A DNA stretch of 64,000 bases from NCBI GenBank assembly GCA_977017645.1, contig OZ360220.1:137826001-137890000 (forward strand), read 5' to 3'. The stretch comes from Torpedo marmorata (taxonomy: Eukaryota). The position numbers and the translations under genes were made by a program. The notes under the pieces are model-generated. The model was not told where the DNA came from. It did not search any database and saw nothing but the letters and a program-made list of their open reading frames with translations. The stretch's first letter is position 1. Each line of letters opens with the position of its first letter. Shown here piece after piece: positions 51,785-64,000 of this stretch.

Positions 51785-51923
51785 CTTCTTGGTACACTGC
51801 CTAACCGTACTGATTAACTCATTGATAACCATGTCCACACATTTGAGGCAGGGCTCTTTGATCTTCAAGATCTGCTTTTTCACAATCGTTTCAAATGCCA
51901 TGTCGGGAGTGAAAAGCCCCGTT
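51785..51923 (-). CDS. DNM1: DNM1 mutually exclusive exon 10a ([46 protein letters not shown])
   Basis: gatag|AACGGG ... AAGAAG|gtaatt; 139 nt. Confidence 0.95.
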
Positions 51924-54900
51924 CTATCAAAGTGAGGAAAGATGGCAAAGTATTGAACATCGAACACGGTTAATGTTTAATAAAAAAAAATACAGTGTTA
52001 GCAATAAAGAGTCCATTCTGGACAACAATTCTCAAGAGCTGTAAACCTCTAAAAGTCTTCATCTTTCTCTTGGTTTGCTGGCTCATTGAGTTGCGGGTGT
52101 ACTAATGTCACGAATGAAATCTTGTGATGGCATCCAATACCTTTCAGAACAGATGTGGTTTTAGTTAATTACAGAGTCGAATGCTAATTGATGCACTCTG
52201 CATTAGCCTTAATCTGAGCACAAACCCAACCAGATTTGAAGTCTCATTGAAAACACTTCTTCCTATTGCCGACAGTGAGATGGCCTATCAGTGCTCATTT
52301 GTATTTTTAATGAGTTCTTCTGAGACATCCAACCACAGCCGTGTGGAACTGGGATGAGCTCACCCCAACCCCATTTCAGAGAGGAACCTTTACGACTAAC
52401 AGGATCTTTACTCTGGGCTGGATTAACACCCTTAATAGGTGAAAGGTCAGCATACTAACCTGCCAGTGAAATACTGTACTCCACAAATTTAATAAAACAA
52501 TAAATAATATCTTTACTGAAAATCAGAATCTTGTAGGAATTAATATTCTTGTTTCAGACAAATTTCTAAACACTCGATAGGTCCAATGAGACTAGGTGTT
52601 GAGGGAGTGAGTGATGAAGGTGTCCTATGTGCAGCCACTGTGTTTAATGTGGCCACCTCAGCTGGAACAGGTTGGTGAAACCAATCTTTCAGCGTTAATC
52701 AGGGACAACGTAATAATTCATTTGTAATATTAAGAGCATTCAAATTGTTTGGTAGAATTGAAATCGTACTTAGGATAGAGTAAATTCAGGTCAATTCGTT
52801 GCCCTTTTATTTTTGTCAAAGTCATTCCATTTAAAATAAATGGTAACTTAAATGTTTTGTTTAAAAACCCTTATTCTCAGCAACTATGAAACATCCTCAG
52901 CAACTCTCATATTTCTGGAGTAATATGTAATGTGATGAACTCCTTGATTACAGATTCTCAGGATGAAATCTACTAAGGACAGTGGTGGATCATTTCTGGA
53001 ATTAAACAATCTGACTTGCTGAGTGTTTTCTGTTTTATTTCAGGTTTGCAGCGTCTGCGGTCCCCTGTCTTTGCTGGATCTTTCTTCAGTTTATATTTTG
53101 GGGACGGAGCTTGTCCTGCTCCTTCTCACTAACTGTTTATGACAATGTGCTTTCAAATGGAGAGCTCCTCCATACTGGGTCTTTCTGGCTCTCTGAACTA
53201 CAGCAAAAAACTACAAAAGGAACTGGATTATTTTAATTTGGGAATATTTCCAAGCCTCAGTGTAGAGGAGTATTTCTCTGGTTGGACTGAATGCTCCATC
53301 ACTGGTTACCAATGCTCATGCATACATTGAAGACTATTTCCTCACAGTCCTAGGAAACTTGCACTTAACACAATGTTCGTAAGAGCAAAACATAATGATA
53401 CATAGAGAAACTTTGTAAGGGAAAGTAAGCCAGGAGCAAACTCCAGCACAGCGAAAACTCTGGCTGCTATGAGACAAAGCAAAGAGAAACTCCACTCTGC
53501 GTCAGCCATTGAGCTAAAGTTAGGGGTTGGCAGACTGAGAAAATCACATTGTAGTGATGTGGTAACAGAGTGAAAGGATGAGGGAGGCAAATAGAGGGAA
53601 GAGGTATGAGGAAGGCAGAGAGAAAGAGAGGGGTGGGATAGGAAGCAGAGGTGGGGGGAAGGCAGAGGGAGAAAGGGGCAATAAAGAAAATGTATGGATA
53701 ACTCAGAAAGAGGCAGCGTGAGAAGGGGTAGAGACACAGAGCTAGGGAGGCAAATGAGTGTGGAAGGCAAAGGAACAGTGGGGGGGGGTGGAGAGAGAGA
53801 GAGAGAGAAAAAAGAGAGAGACAGAGAGAGAGATAGTTGGGGAGAGAGGGTGAAAGGCAGAGAAGCACTGAAAATAATGGGAAAGAGTATGAAAGAAAAG
53901 ATATATAAACAATATAGAAACAAAGTGAGGAAACGAGCTGAAGGGAAAGAATCCAAATCACATGACTGGCAATTTCCCACAAGGACATTAAGTCCTATTC
54001 CAGGGATCAAGGAGAAGTCCAGAATAGGAAGTTGGATTCCACCTCAGAAAACAGTAGCTGCTGCCCAAGTTTTCAACGGGAGACATTGATAAAAATGAAC
54101 TGAAGTGATTGTGGAGTGAGTGAACTACCAAGGATGTCAGGAGCAACTGCTGGGAGGTGCAATAATGATCATTTCAGCTTTCTAACTCAATAAAAAAAAC
54201 GTGACTTTTATTCTGAAGTTTATTAATGGAGCAGAGCAGCCTCCTGCTGTGGGCGGCTGTGCTGTGGAATCTAATGAGGCAGAATTTGTGATCAGCTGTG
54301 AAATGGCTGCTTGCAGAAACATTTCCAAAGTGCCCCATCTAAAATGGAATAAAATGAGCAAATTGGCTACCCCTTTCATTGAGGGAAATTCTGACAAAGC
54401 ATTTGTGTCCTAAAGGAGTAACCTGTTAAACTTGAACTTCATTTTAAACATGTCTTATTTGGGCATCATTATTCCAGCACCCCTCCCATGTTATACCTCA
54501 AAGGTTTCTCAAATTAAAAGCTCCCCTGTCAACAGCAACGTCTGCAGCTTCACATCTGTGCCACTAGAGGGACCAATTAGCTCCAGGTTGATGCCCAGAT
54601 GCCCAGCATCACGGCACAGAAAGAGGCCCTTCAGTCCATCTGAGTCTATTCCAGAACTCATGTCTTCCTTTATCTTTATCTGATCCCACCTGCATGGCCT
54701 AATACACAAGACAATCAGGGAAATTTTGCTTTGACCTCACAGGTAACTCTAGAAATGGTTCACTCTGCAGCAAACTGTTCCTGTCCCGATGGCTTCCCTC
54801 TGCATCTGTTCAATTTTAGAGCTCAGTTTCTGCCTTACATCATGATGGCCACCTGGAAATTAACTGACACTACCCCAAACTCATTTGATATCCGATCCTT

Positions 54901-55900
54901 AATCCCAAGGGATTTTTCAAAGATTTGAAAATCTTTGATTTGATTTGATTCAAGACCACAAAGATAAGGATGGAAAGACCAAGTCTGCTTTGCCATCTAA
55001 CACGCAGGTCCTCTTCCCACACTTCACATTAATCATCACCATACATCCTCTCCAGTCTTACAGCCCAGAGGCGAGGGTGTAAAGCCAATGGGTCCCTTCA
55101 ATCCAAAGTCACCAAAGGCAGGAAATATGTGGACTTAACTTCGGTTCTCTTGGTTTAATTTTGGTATGCTTCTGGACAGGATAAATCTCTTTCTCCAAAA
55201 GGACCTTTAAATAACCTACAAATTGTCACAGAAAAATCTGCAATTCTTATAAAATTTTAGTTGTGTTATGAACTACTTTACTTTAAATAGAATAAATGTT
55301 TTTGTCTTTGAAACTGCTTTGGTGCAATGTGAAGGCTGAATATTCAGTTCTCACAATTTTGTTGTCTAAGACCCCATAAGAAAATAGCATAAGAAAAAAA
55401 GTTTGGTCATAATCCAACTTAATGTTCCCAATCTTGAGTTAGCACAAAGGGAAGGACTTTTGAAGAACAGGGAAATCGATTGGGGTGGAAGGCTTGGTGA
55501 TGTTCCCAAATAGTGTTAAGTCAACTTTGGTCATCTTATGGGGCTGTCAAACACTTCTCCCAAAAAAGAAATGGCACAGGAAACAAGAGGTAGAAAATAA
55601 ATGAAATTGGGGAGAAAAAAAAATCACGTTGTCCTCTGGCTTCTTCAACTTCAACACTGGCACACAATAATGAGGGAGAATCTGTCGCAGGAAGGGTTGA
55701 CAGCATCAGTAGGTTGACTCCAGGAGATAGTCAACCTATCATTTCAATCTAATACAAGGTGAAGGAAAAAAATTGAAGATCAATACTTCTTTCCCCTAGG
55801 TTCGGGGATGGATAGAGACCGAGACACCTTGGCTAAGAGAAAGGAAAGAGTAATACAATAAATACCAGATATGGTCAAAAGTAAAAGGATTACCGTCTTA

Positions 55901-55990
<90 letters not shown>

Positions 55991-57446
55991 TCACAGGGAA
56001 TAACACAAACACTTTTAACAAGGCAATCCATACAGCAGAAAATAATTCCCTCTCCAACTAGAGCTGCAATCTATCCCCCTTTGTGTTGTGATGTCAGCCA
56101 GGGAGAAGGTTGCAGCTGAAATACCAGAAGAATGCCCAAGAATTGTATTCATTGATCAACACCTACTTCCCCACCATGACAGTCCCATACATGGATAGCT
56201 GCTCCTTCTTTCTGCAAGATTCAATGTTCCTTTCATTGTCATGTAATAATACATTAAAAATGTAACATACATGATATATTTTAACTTTTATCTGCAGTAA
56301 GGCAAAGAGTCGCCATGAGCCTGGAATAAGAGAAAGAGAAGCAAAATAGAGTCCATTCAGAGTCACTGAGTGTCCGTGGAGTGGAGTGAAATATAAATAT
56401 AAATGAGCAATGTTTTTGATAAACTGTTCCATGCATTGGGGGGGGGGGGTGCGAGTAGAGATTCAAGCAACTGACTCCACTGAGCTGGACAATAACAAGC
56501 TTAGTTCTTATCATTCAATCAAAAATAAAATCATAGGTTAAAAAGAAAACAAATGAGTAGATTTTGACTGATTGTGTGGTCCATAATGAGCTGTGAAACC
56601 TGGTATAGGAGATGTTTGTTCCCAGTCTCCAAAGATCAGTCAGAATAATGCAGATACGGTAAGAACCAAAATTAACTTAAATATATTTGAGCTCAGATGG
56701 ACTTCTGCAGGCATGGATAAATGCTAAGTGGTCTTCAGCAGTGGTGATGGACTGAATGGACCTCCTTATTACACTGGATGATTTATGGTGGTGGAATCAT
56801 GTTGATTTCTATGCTATGAGATCTTAGGCTTAGGAGTGGAAAATTTTCAGAAATTTTCAGTTGATTATTTTCAGGACCAGTGCATTAGATTTTTCTCTTT
56901 AAAATATAGCACAAATTTAGGGAAGGTCTGTACTATGGAGTTGTATAAATGGAATGCACTAATCAATCCCAAACTAACTTCATCTGATATCTCAACAACC
57001 CCTTGAGTTATCCGTTCCACCAGCATAAACCTCTGTGCTGGGATGAAAGTCTCACTGTTGGTGTGACGTGGTTCCCAACCAATAGTGCTGGCAGTGACTG
57101 TACACGAAGTACAGACCTATCTAGTGAGTTAAGTAGTACTGCAGACAACTAAAATCAGTGCGAAAATAGACCAATAAACAAAGTGACTCATTCTGCTCTC
57201 AGCAGCTGAAGAATTAATGGTTATCAGTACACTCTTTACTGGATCAAAGCAGACACAGTTGTCTTGCTCCAACTGGTGGTCCATGTTCACCTTGGAGCCC
57301 CCTTAATGTACATCTCACCAGGTGAAGTGGCAACATTTCTGCTCCATCAACAGTGGATACAACCCTGCAGTTGCCCGACATCAGTAAATCAGAAAAGCAC
57401 CAGGGGCTCAGTTTGAGATTAGTAGCAGTCAAACTGTTAGAGATCA

Positions 57447-57635
<189 letters not shown>

Positions 57636-58416
57636 TCATGCAATACATTGAAACACAAGGGGCTGGATGATATCCTACTACATCCCAGTTCTGCTCTTTA
57701 CAGCTTTTGAAACCCTTGCCGATTGATCCATTGATTGTACCTCTGGAAACAACAGATATCACGCCCCATTCAGAGGGCCAGATGGCATAGAGAGATGTTT
57801 CTCTATTTTTCCCATAAAAGGCCTGGTTCTAATTCTTTAAGATCATGTGCCCTTGTTCTCAATTCGCTCACGAAGGAGGAAATTGCTTCTCCGCAACTAC
57901 TTTATTGAATCCTACTAACTGAAACACCTCGATCCGTCAATCTCTGACACTCACAAGAGTTGAGGCATAGAAACTGTGGGTAAAGCTGCTTATTTGAAGC
58001 AGGAGCCAAGGCTTCCGTGACTGATGATAGATCAAAAGCAACTTGCACTTGGACACTGCCTTTAATGCAGGAAAGTATCCCATGATAATACAACAGAATT
58101 TGACAATGAGCTGTAACGACTTTGTGAAACAATTGAGCAAAAAAAAGACCAGTTTGTTCACAAGACAGCACAAAAGCTATCAATGTGTTGAATCTTTAAG
58201 CTGTTGCTATACATGGAACATCTGCTTAAATGTTGGTTTGTTGAGAGCAGACATATCAAGTGACTCTTCTGAATTGTAGTGTCACCGTTCAAATATACAG
58301 TTACAGAATAACAGTGTGCTTAAGATAAAAGTATAGTGCATGAGTTAGAGAAGGAAATACTGCAAAAGGAAATTAAAAAGTTGGTCAATGAACTGAGTTT
58401 GAAGGATTCCTTTAGA

Positions 58417-58419
<3 letters not shown>

Positions 58420-58476
<57 letters not shown>
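58420..58476. repeat. (GA)n microsatellite
   Basis: Pure GA run. Confidence 0.95.
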
Positions 58477-58480
<4 letters not shown>

Positions 58481-58757
58481 TGGACAGATTTAATTGGGGT
58501 ACTCCAGAGACAGGAATCTAATGAAAATCCCATCTTCAATCACCCTGTTTAGTAGCCATGGATGAAAGAGTGGCTTATTCACAAGACCATAGTTGAGGAA
58601 TGCAGAGTTATGGTTGAAATGGATGGTTGAACAGGAATTAGTGGGGCCGTGGAAAGAATTGGACATGGGATTGACTAAAAGAGAAAAAGGGTAAAGAAAG
58701 CACTTTTTTGAGTGAATCCCTGATGTTGACAATAACACAGTGAGTGAGCAGTACTTA

Positions 58758-58904
<147 letters not shown>

Positions 58905-59248
58905 TTAAAGGGACAGTAGTGAAGAGAATAAATGAGAACAATAATGTTGCAAACAGATCCACCTCTGTGCTAAAGTCACGATCCAATCTGATCCATAATT
59001 TGGCAAGTTAGCTGTCACTTGTTCCTCGGTCTCTGAAGCCTGGCCCCCTCTGGTCTTTCCACAACCATAAATACTTTCAAAGTTTATAAATAAAATTTGT
59101 CAACACAAACAAACTTTCATAATTCTTCCTTTATTTTACTTCCTGGAGTTGCTTGTACCATTCTCCAAGAGATCACTCAATCCCTGAGTCTCCCCTGCAT
59201 CCCTGGAGTGTTGGCAAATCCACAGTCCTCCATTCTGCACTGCATTAC

Positions 59249-59409
59249 CTGATTGAGGACTTTCTGGAGGTAAGGTGTTCCCATACGATCAGCTATGTGC
59301 CGATAGGCTGGATGTGAAAGGAAGAACTTTCTCTCAGCAGCAAGAGCAGCTTGGATGTCCTTTCTCCCATCAATGTCCTTCTGGCTTCTGTTCACCACCC
59401 CGATGTAAC
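59249..59409 (-). CDS. DNM1: DNM1 exon 6 ([54 protein letters not shown])
   Basis: ttag|GTTACATC ... AATCAG|gtaatg; 161 nt; dynamin GTPase C-terminal segment. Confidence 0.96.
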
Positions 59410-59711
59410 CTAAAGCAGAGGACAGAAGGCAGGATGTCAAGACCAGGCCAAACTTCTGCCACACAGTGAGAGGTTGTGGTGACTCGCTGCTGACTCCCCT
59501 CCTGAACCCCTGGCCTGGTTGAGAGTCTCTGACTCGAAACCTGGAGGATCCGGATTGAATGTTACTCCAGCAGCCAAGCAGGTGGGCACCAGAACTCCGA
59601 CTCAGTACTCAAGTTGACAGCAGAAGGGAATCTGTATCCTGCTGGATGTATCCCCCCCAGTCACTCGGCCAGGAGGTCTTCTACCCAGTCACACCAGGAG
59701 GTCTTCTGGCA

Positions 59712-60294
59712 ACCACACCAGGATGTATCCTCCAGTCACCACACCAGGATGTATCCCCCTATCACCATACCAGGATGTATCCCCCAGTCACCACACCAGG
59801 ATGTATCCCCCAGTCACCACACCAGGATGTATCCCCCAGTCACCACACCAGGATGTATCCCCCTATCACCACACCAGGATGTATCCCCCAGTCACCACAC
59901 CAGGATGTATCCTCCTATCACCACACCAGGATGTATCGTCCAGTCACCACACCAGGATGTATCCCCCTATCACACCAGGATGTATCCCCCTATCACACCA
60001 GGATGTATCGTCCAGTCACCACACCAGGATGTATCCTCCTATCACCACACCAGGATGTATCCCCCAGTCACCACACCAGGATGTATCATCCAGTCACCAC
60101 ACCAGGATGTATCCCCCTATCACCACACCAGGATGTATCCTCCTATCACCACACCAGGATGTATCCCCCAGTCACCACACCAGGATGTATCCCCCTATCA
60201 CCACACCAGGATGTATCCCCCAGTCACCACACCAGGATGTATCCTCCTATCACCACACCAGGATGTATCCCCCTATCACCACACCAGGATGTAT
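59712..60294. repeat. 26-bp minisatellite, left arm (ACCAGGATGTATCCCCCAGTCACCAC)n
   Basis: Tandem units with variants CCCCCAG/CCCCCTA/CCTCCTA/CGTCCAG. Confidence 0.96.
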
Positions 60295-62844
60295 GTCAAA
60301 GTGGTAGCAATACGGTAGTTATGGGGGACTTCAACATGAAGGTGGACTGGGAAAATCAGACGGGGGCAGGAAAACAAGAGAGTGAGTTTATAGAATGTCT
60401 ACGAGACACATTCATGGAGCAGCTAGTGGAGGAATCTACCAGGGGAAGTCGATTCTGGACTTGGTGCTGTGCAGCGACGCAGAGTTAATTAGTGACCTCG
60501 AAGTAGGGGTGCCATTAGGGAATAGTGACCATGGTATGGTTACTTTTGATCTGCAATTGGAAAGGGAAAATGAAAGGAAGTCAGAAGCATCTGTACTGCA
60601 GTTAAATAAAGGGGATTATGCAGCTATGCGGGAGGAGCTAGCCAAAATAAAATGGAAAGATACACTAGCTGGGAGGACAACTGGGGGAAAATGGCAGGTA
60701 TTTTTGGACATTTTTCACAGGATTCAGGACAAATTCATTCCAAAGTGGAGGAAAGGCTCAAGGAGATGCAAATGGCAGCCGTGGCTAACTAATGAAATCA
60801 AGGGCATTATCAAGTCCAAAGGGAGTAAGTATAAGATAGCGAAGCAGAGTGGGAAGCTAGAGGATTGGGAATCCTTCAAAGAACATCAGAGGGTAACTAA
60901 GAAAGTCATGCGAGAGGGGAAAATGAAGTACGAGAGGAAATTAGCAAGTAATATAATAGAGGATAGCAAAAGCTTTTTTAAATATGTGAAGAGGAAGAAA
61001 TTGGTTCGGTCTAAAATTGGTCCATTAAGAATGGAAAAGGGTGGAATTATTACTGGAAACAAGGAAATGGCTGAGGAATTTAACAAGTACTTTGCATCTG
61101 TCTTCACCAAGGAGGATATAGGTTATGGTCAGTTAGGGGGTAGTGGTCATGCAGTATCAAGAGACTTGGAGAACTTTCCTGGGGAAGTAGGGAATCTGAT
61201 AGATATTCGGATCCAGAAGCAGGAGGTTATGAGTAAATTGTTGGGACTGAGGGCTGATAAATCCCCAGGGCCTGATGGGCTGCATCCCAGGGTGCTTAAA
61301 GAGGTTGCTCTGCAAATTGTGGAGGCACTGGTCGACATTTTCCAAAGCTGCATAGATTCGGGGGAGGTCCCTGTAGATTGGAGAGTGGCTGATGTGGTGC
61401 CGCTTTTTAAGAAGGGAGGGAGGGAGAAAACGGGAAATTATAGACCGGTCAGCCTGACGTCAGTGGTGGGGAAGATATTGGAATCTATCATAAAAGGAGT
61501 AATAGCAGAACACTTAGGCAGAAATAATAGTATAAGGGCTAGTCAGCATGGATTCCTTAAGGGTAAGTCATGCTTGACTAACCTTCTGGAATTTTTCGAA
61601 GATGTGACAAAAAGGGTGGACTTGGGAGAGCCAGTGGATGTGGTGTATTTGGACTTCCAGAAGGCCTTTGATAAGGTACCGCACGGGAGACTAGTGGGCA
61701 AGATCAGGGAGCAGGGTATTGAAGGTAAGGTGCTGACATGGATAGGAAATTGGTTAAGAAATAGGAAACAAAGGGTTGGGGTAAGCGGGTCTTTTTCAGG
61801 ATGGCAGGATGTGACGAGTGGAGTGCCGCAGGGATCGGTGTTGGGTCCTCAGTTGTTTGTCATTTATGTAAATGATTTGGATGATGGGATTATTAATAAC
61901 ATGAGCAAATTTGCAGATGACACTAAACTGGGTGGCGGTGTAAAGTGTGAAGAGGATGTCAGGAAAATGCAGAGGGACTTGGACAGGTTGGGGGAGTGGG
62001 CTGAAGAATGGAAGATGAAGTTCAATGTGAGCAAATGTGAGGTTATCCATTTTGGGGGCAGTAATAGGAAAGCTGAGTATTATTTAAATGGAGACAAGCT
62101 AGGTAGTGGGGAAGTGCAAATGGATCTGGGTGTGCTTGTTCACCGGTCACTGAAGGCTAACATGCAGGTTCAGAAAGCTGTGAAGAAGGCAAATGGCATG
62201 TTGGCTTTCATAAAGAGGGGATTAGAGTATAGGAGCAGAGACACCCTTCTGCAGTTGTACAGGGCCCTGGTGAGACCCCACCTGGAGTATTGCGTCCAGT
62301 TCTGGTCTCCAAATTTGAGGAAGGACATACTAGCTATAGAGGGTGTGCAGCGCAGATTTACAAGGTTAGTTCCAGGGATGGCAGGGTTGACATATGCTGA
62401 AAGGTTAGAAAAACTGGACTTATATCCGATGGAGTTTAGAAGGATGAGGGGGGACATGATTGAGGTATACAAAATTATCAAGGGGATAGACAGGGTGAAG
62501 TCAGATTACTTGTTCCCAATGATGGGAGAGACGAGGACTAGAGGGCATAGTTTAAGAATACAGGGAAGGCCCTTTAGGATGATGATGAGGAAAAAATTTT
62601 TTACCCAGAGAAGTGTGAACCTGTGGAATGCTCTGCCACAGAGGGTGGTAGAGGCAGATTCGCTGATTATGTACAAAAGAGAGTTAGATAAGACTCTAGT
62701 GGGCAGAGGAGTTAAGGGTTATGGGGATAAGGCTGGTAAGGGGTACTGATAGTAGTGATCAGCCATGATCTGTAAAATGGCGGTGCTGGCTCGACGGGCC
62801 GAAGGGCCTACTCCAGCTCCTATTGTCTATTGTCTATTGTCTAT
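60295..62844 (+). mobile_element. young 5'-truncated CR1 LINE with near-intact ORF2
   Basis: GDFN endonuclease segment, a single -1 shift near 60443, then about 770 open codons through RT to the stop at 62749; (TATTGTC)3 tail. Confidence 0.95.
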
Positions 62845-64000
62845 CCCCCAGTCACCACACCAGGATGTATCCCCCAGTCACCACACCAGGATGTATCGTC
62901 CAGTCACCACACCAGGATGTATCCCCCCATCACCACACCAGGATGTATCGTCCAGTCACCACACCAGGATGTATCCTCCTATCACCACACCAGGATGTAT
63001 CCTCCAGTCACCACACCAGGATGTATCCTCCAGTCACCACACCAGGATGTATCGTCCAGTCACCACACCAGGATGTATCCCCCTATCACCACACCAGGAT
63101 GTATCCTCCTATCACCACACCAGGATGTATCCCCCTATCACCACACCAGGATGTATCCCCCTATCACCACACCAGGATGTATCCTCCTATCACCACACCA
63201 GGATGTATCCCCCAGTCACCACACCAGGATGTATCCTCCTATCACCACACCAGGATGTATCCCCCTATCACCACACCAGGATGTATCCCCCTATCACCAC
63301 ACCAGGATGTATCCTCCTATCACCACACCAGGATGTATCCCCCAGTCACCACACCAGGATGTATCCTCCTATCACCACACCAGGATGTATCCCCCAGTCA
63401 CCACACCAGGATGTATCCTCCTATCACCACACCAGGATGTATCCCCCAGTCACCACACCAGGATGTATCCCCCAGTCACCACACCAGGATGTATCCCCCT
63501 ATCACCACACCAGGATGTATCCCCCTATCACCACACCAGGATGTATCCTCCTATCACCACACCAGGATGTATCCCCCAGTCACCACACCAGGATGTATCC
63601 TCCTATCACCACACCAGGATGTATCCCCCTATCACCACACCAGGATGTATCCCCCTATCACCACACCAGGATGTATCCTCCTATCACCACACCAGGATGT
63701 ATCCCCCAGTCACCACACCAGGATGTATCCTCCTATCACCACACCAGGATGTATCCCCCTATCACCACACCAGGATGTATCCCCCTATCACCACACCAGG
63801 ATGTATCCTCCTATCACCACACCAGGATGTATCCCCCAGTCACCACACCAGGATGTATCCTCCTATCACCACACCAGGATGTATCCCCCAGTCACCACAC
63901 CAGGATGTATCCTCCTATCACCACACCAGGATGTATCCCCCAGTCACCACACCAGGATGTATCCCCCAGTCACCACACCAGGATGTATCCCCCTATCACC
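62845..64000. repeat. 26-bp minisatellite, right arm (runs off the window)
   Basis: Same unit, more than 40 copies. Confidence 0.96.

Noticed and set aside
53342-54089. Long Leu/Ser- or Glu/Arg-rich ORFs (also 31577-32023)
   Set aside because: They arise from low-complexity purine tracts.
59559-60488. 309-aa repeat ORF fused in frame to the CR1 endonuclease fragment
   Set aside because: The 26-bp unit has no stop in any plus frame, so long ORFs are automatic. It is antisense within a DNM1 intron with no sign of expression.
59712-64000. CRISPR-like regular repeats
   Set aside because: There are no unique spacers; this is a plain tandem minisatellite in a vertebrate intron.

Overview
This is eukaryotic (vertebrate) genomic DNA, most likely from a cartilaginous fish and probably a ray. 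That taxon call is inferred from the HE1-like SINEs and the CR1, Rex/Babar and Penelope repeat complement. The window lies entirely inside a dynamin-1 (DNM1) gene on the minus strand. Eleven coding exons can be read with splice sites: exons 6-9, the mutually exclusive pair 10a/10b, exons 11-13, a 12-nt 'DEIM' microexon and the first PH-domain exon. Exon 9 uses a GC donor. The long intron after the PH exon holds a plus-strand (antisense) miR-199 hairpin with a motif-rich upstream region. The rest of the introns is repeat-rich: several CR1 LINEs (one young, near-intact copy inserted in a 26-bp minisatellite), Rex/Babar fragments, an L1 3' end, HE1-like SINEs, a tRNA-Lys pseudogene, hAT and Tc1/mariner MITEs, Penelope-like elements carrying minimal hammerhead-ribozyme-like motifs, and a full-length degenerate Gypsy LTR element. 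That element lacks a tRNA primer-binding site and instead has a leader complementary to its own LTR poly(A) signal. There are three N gaps. Most short ORFs in the track are noise.
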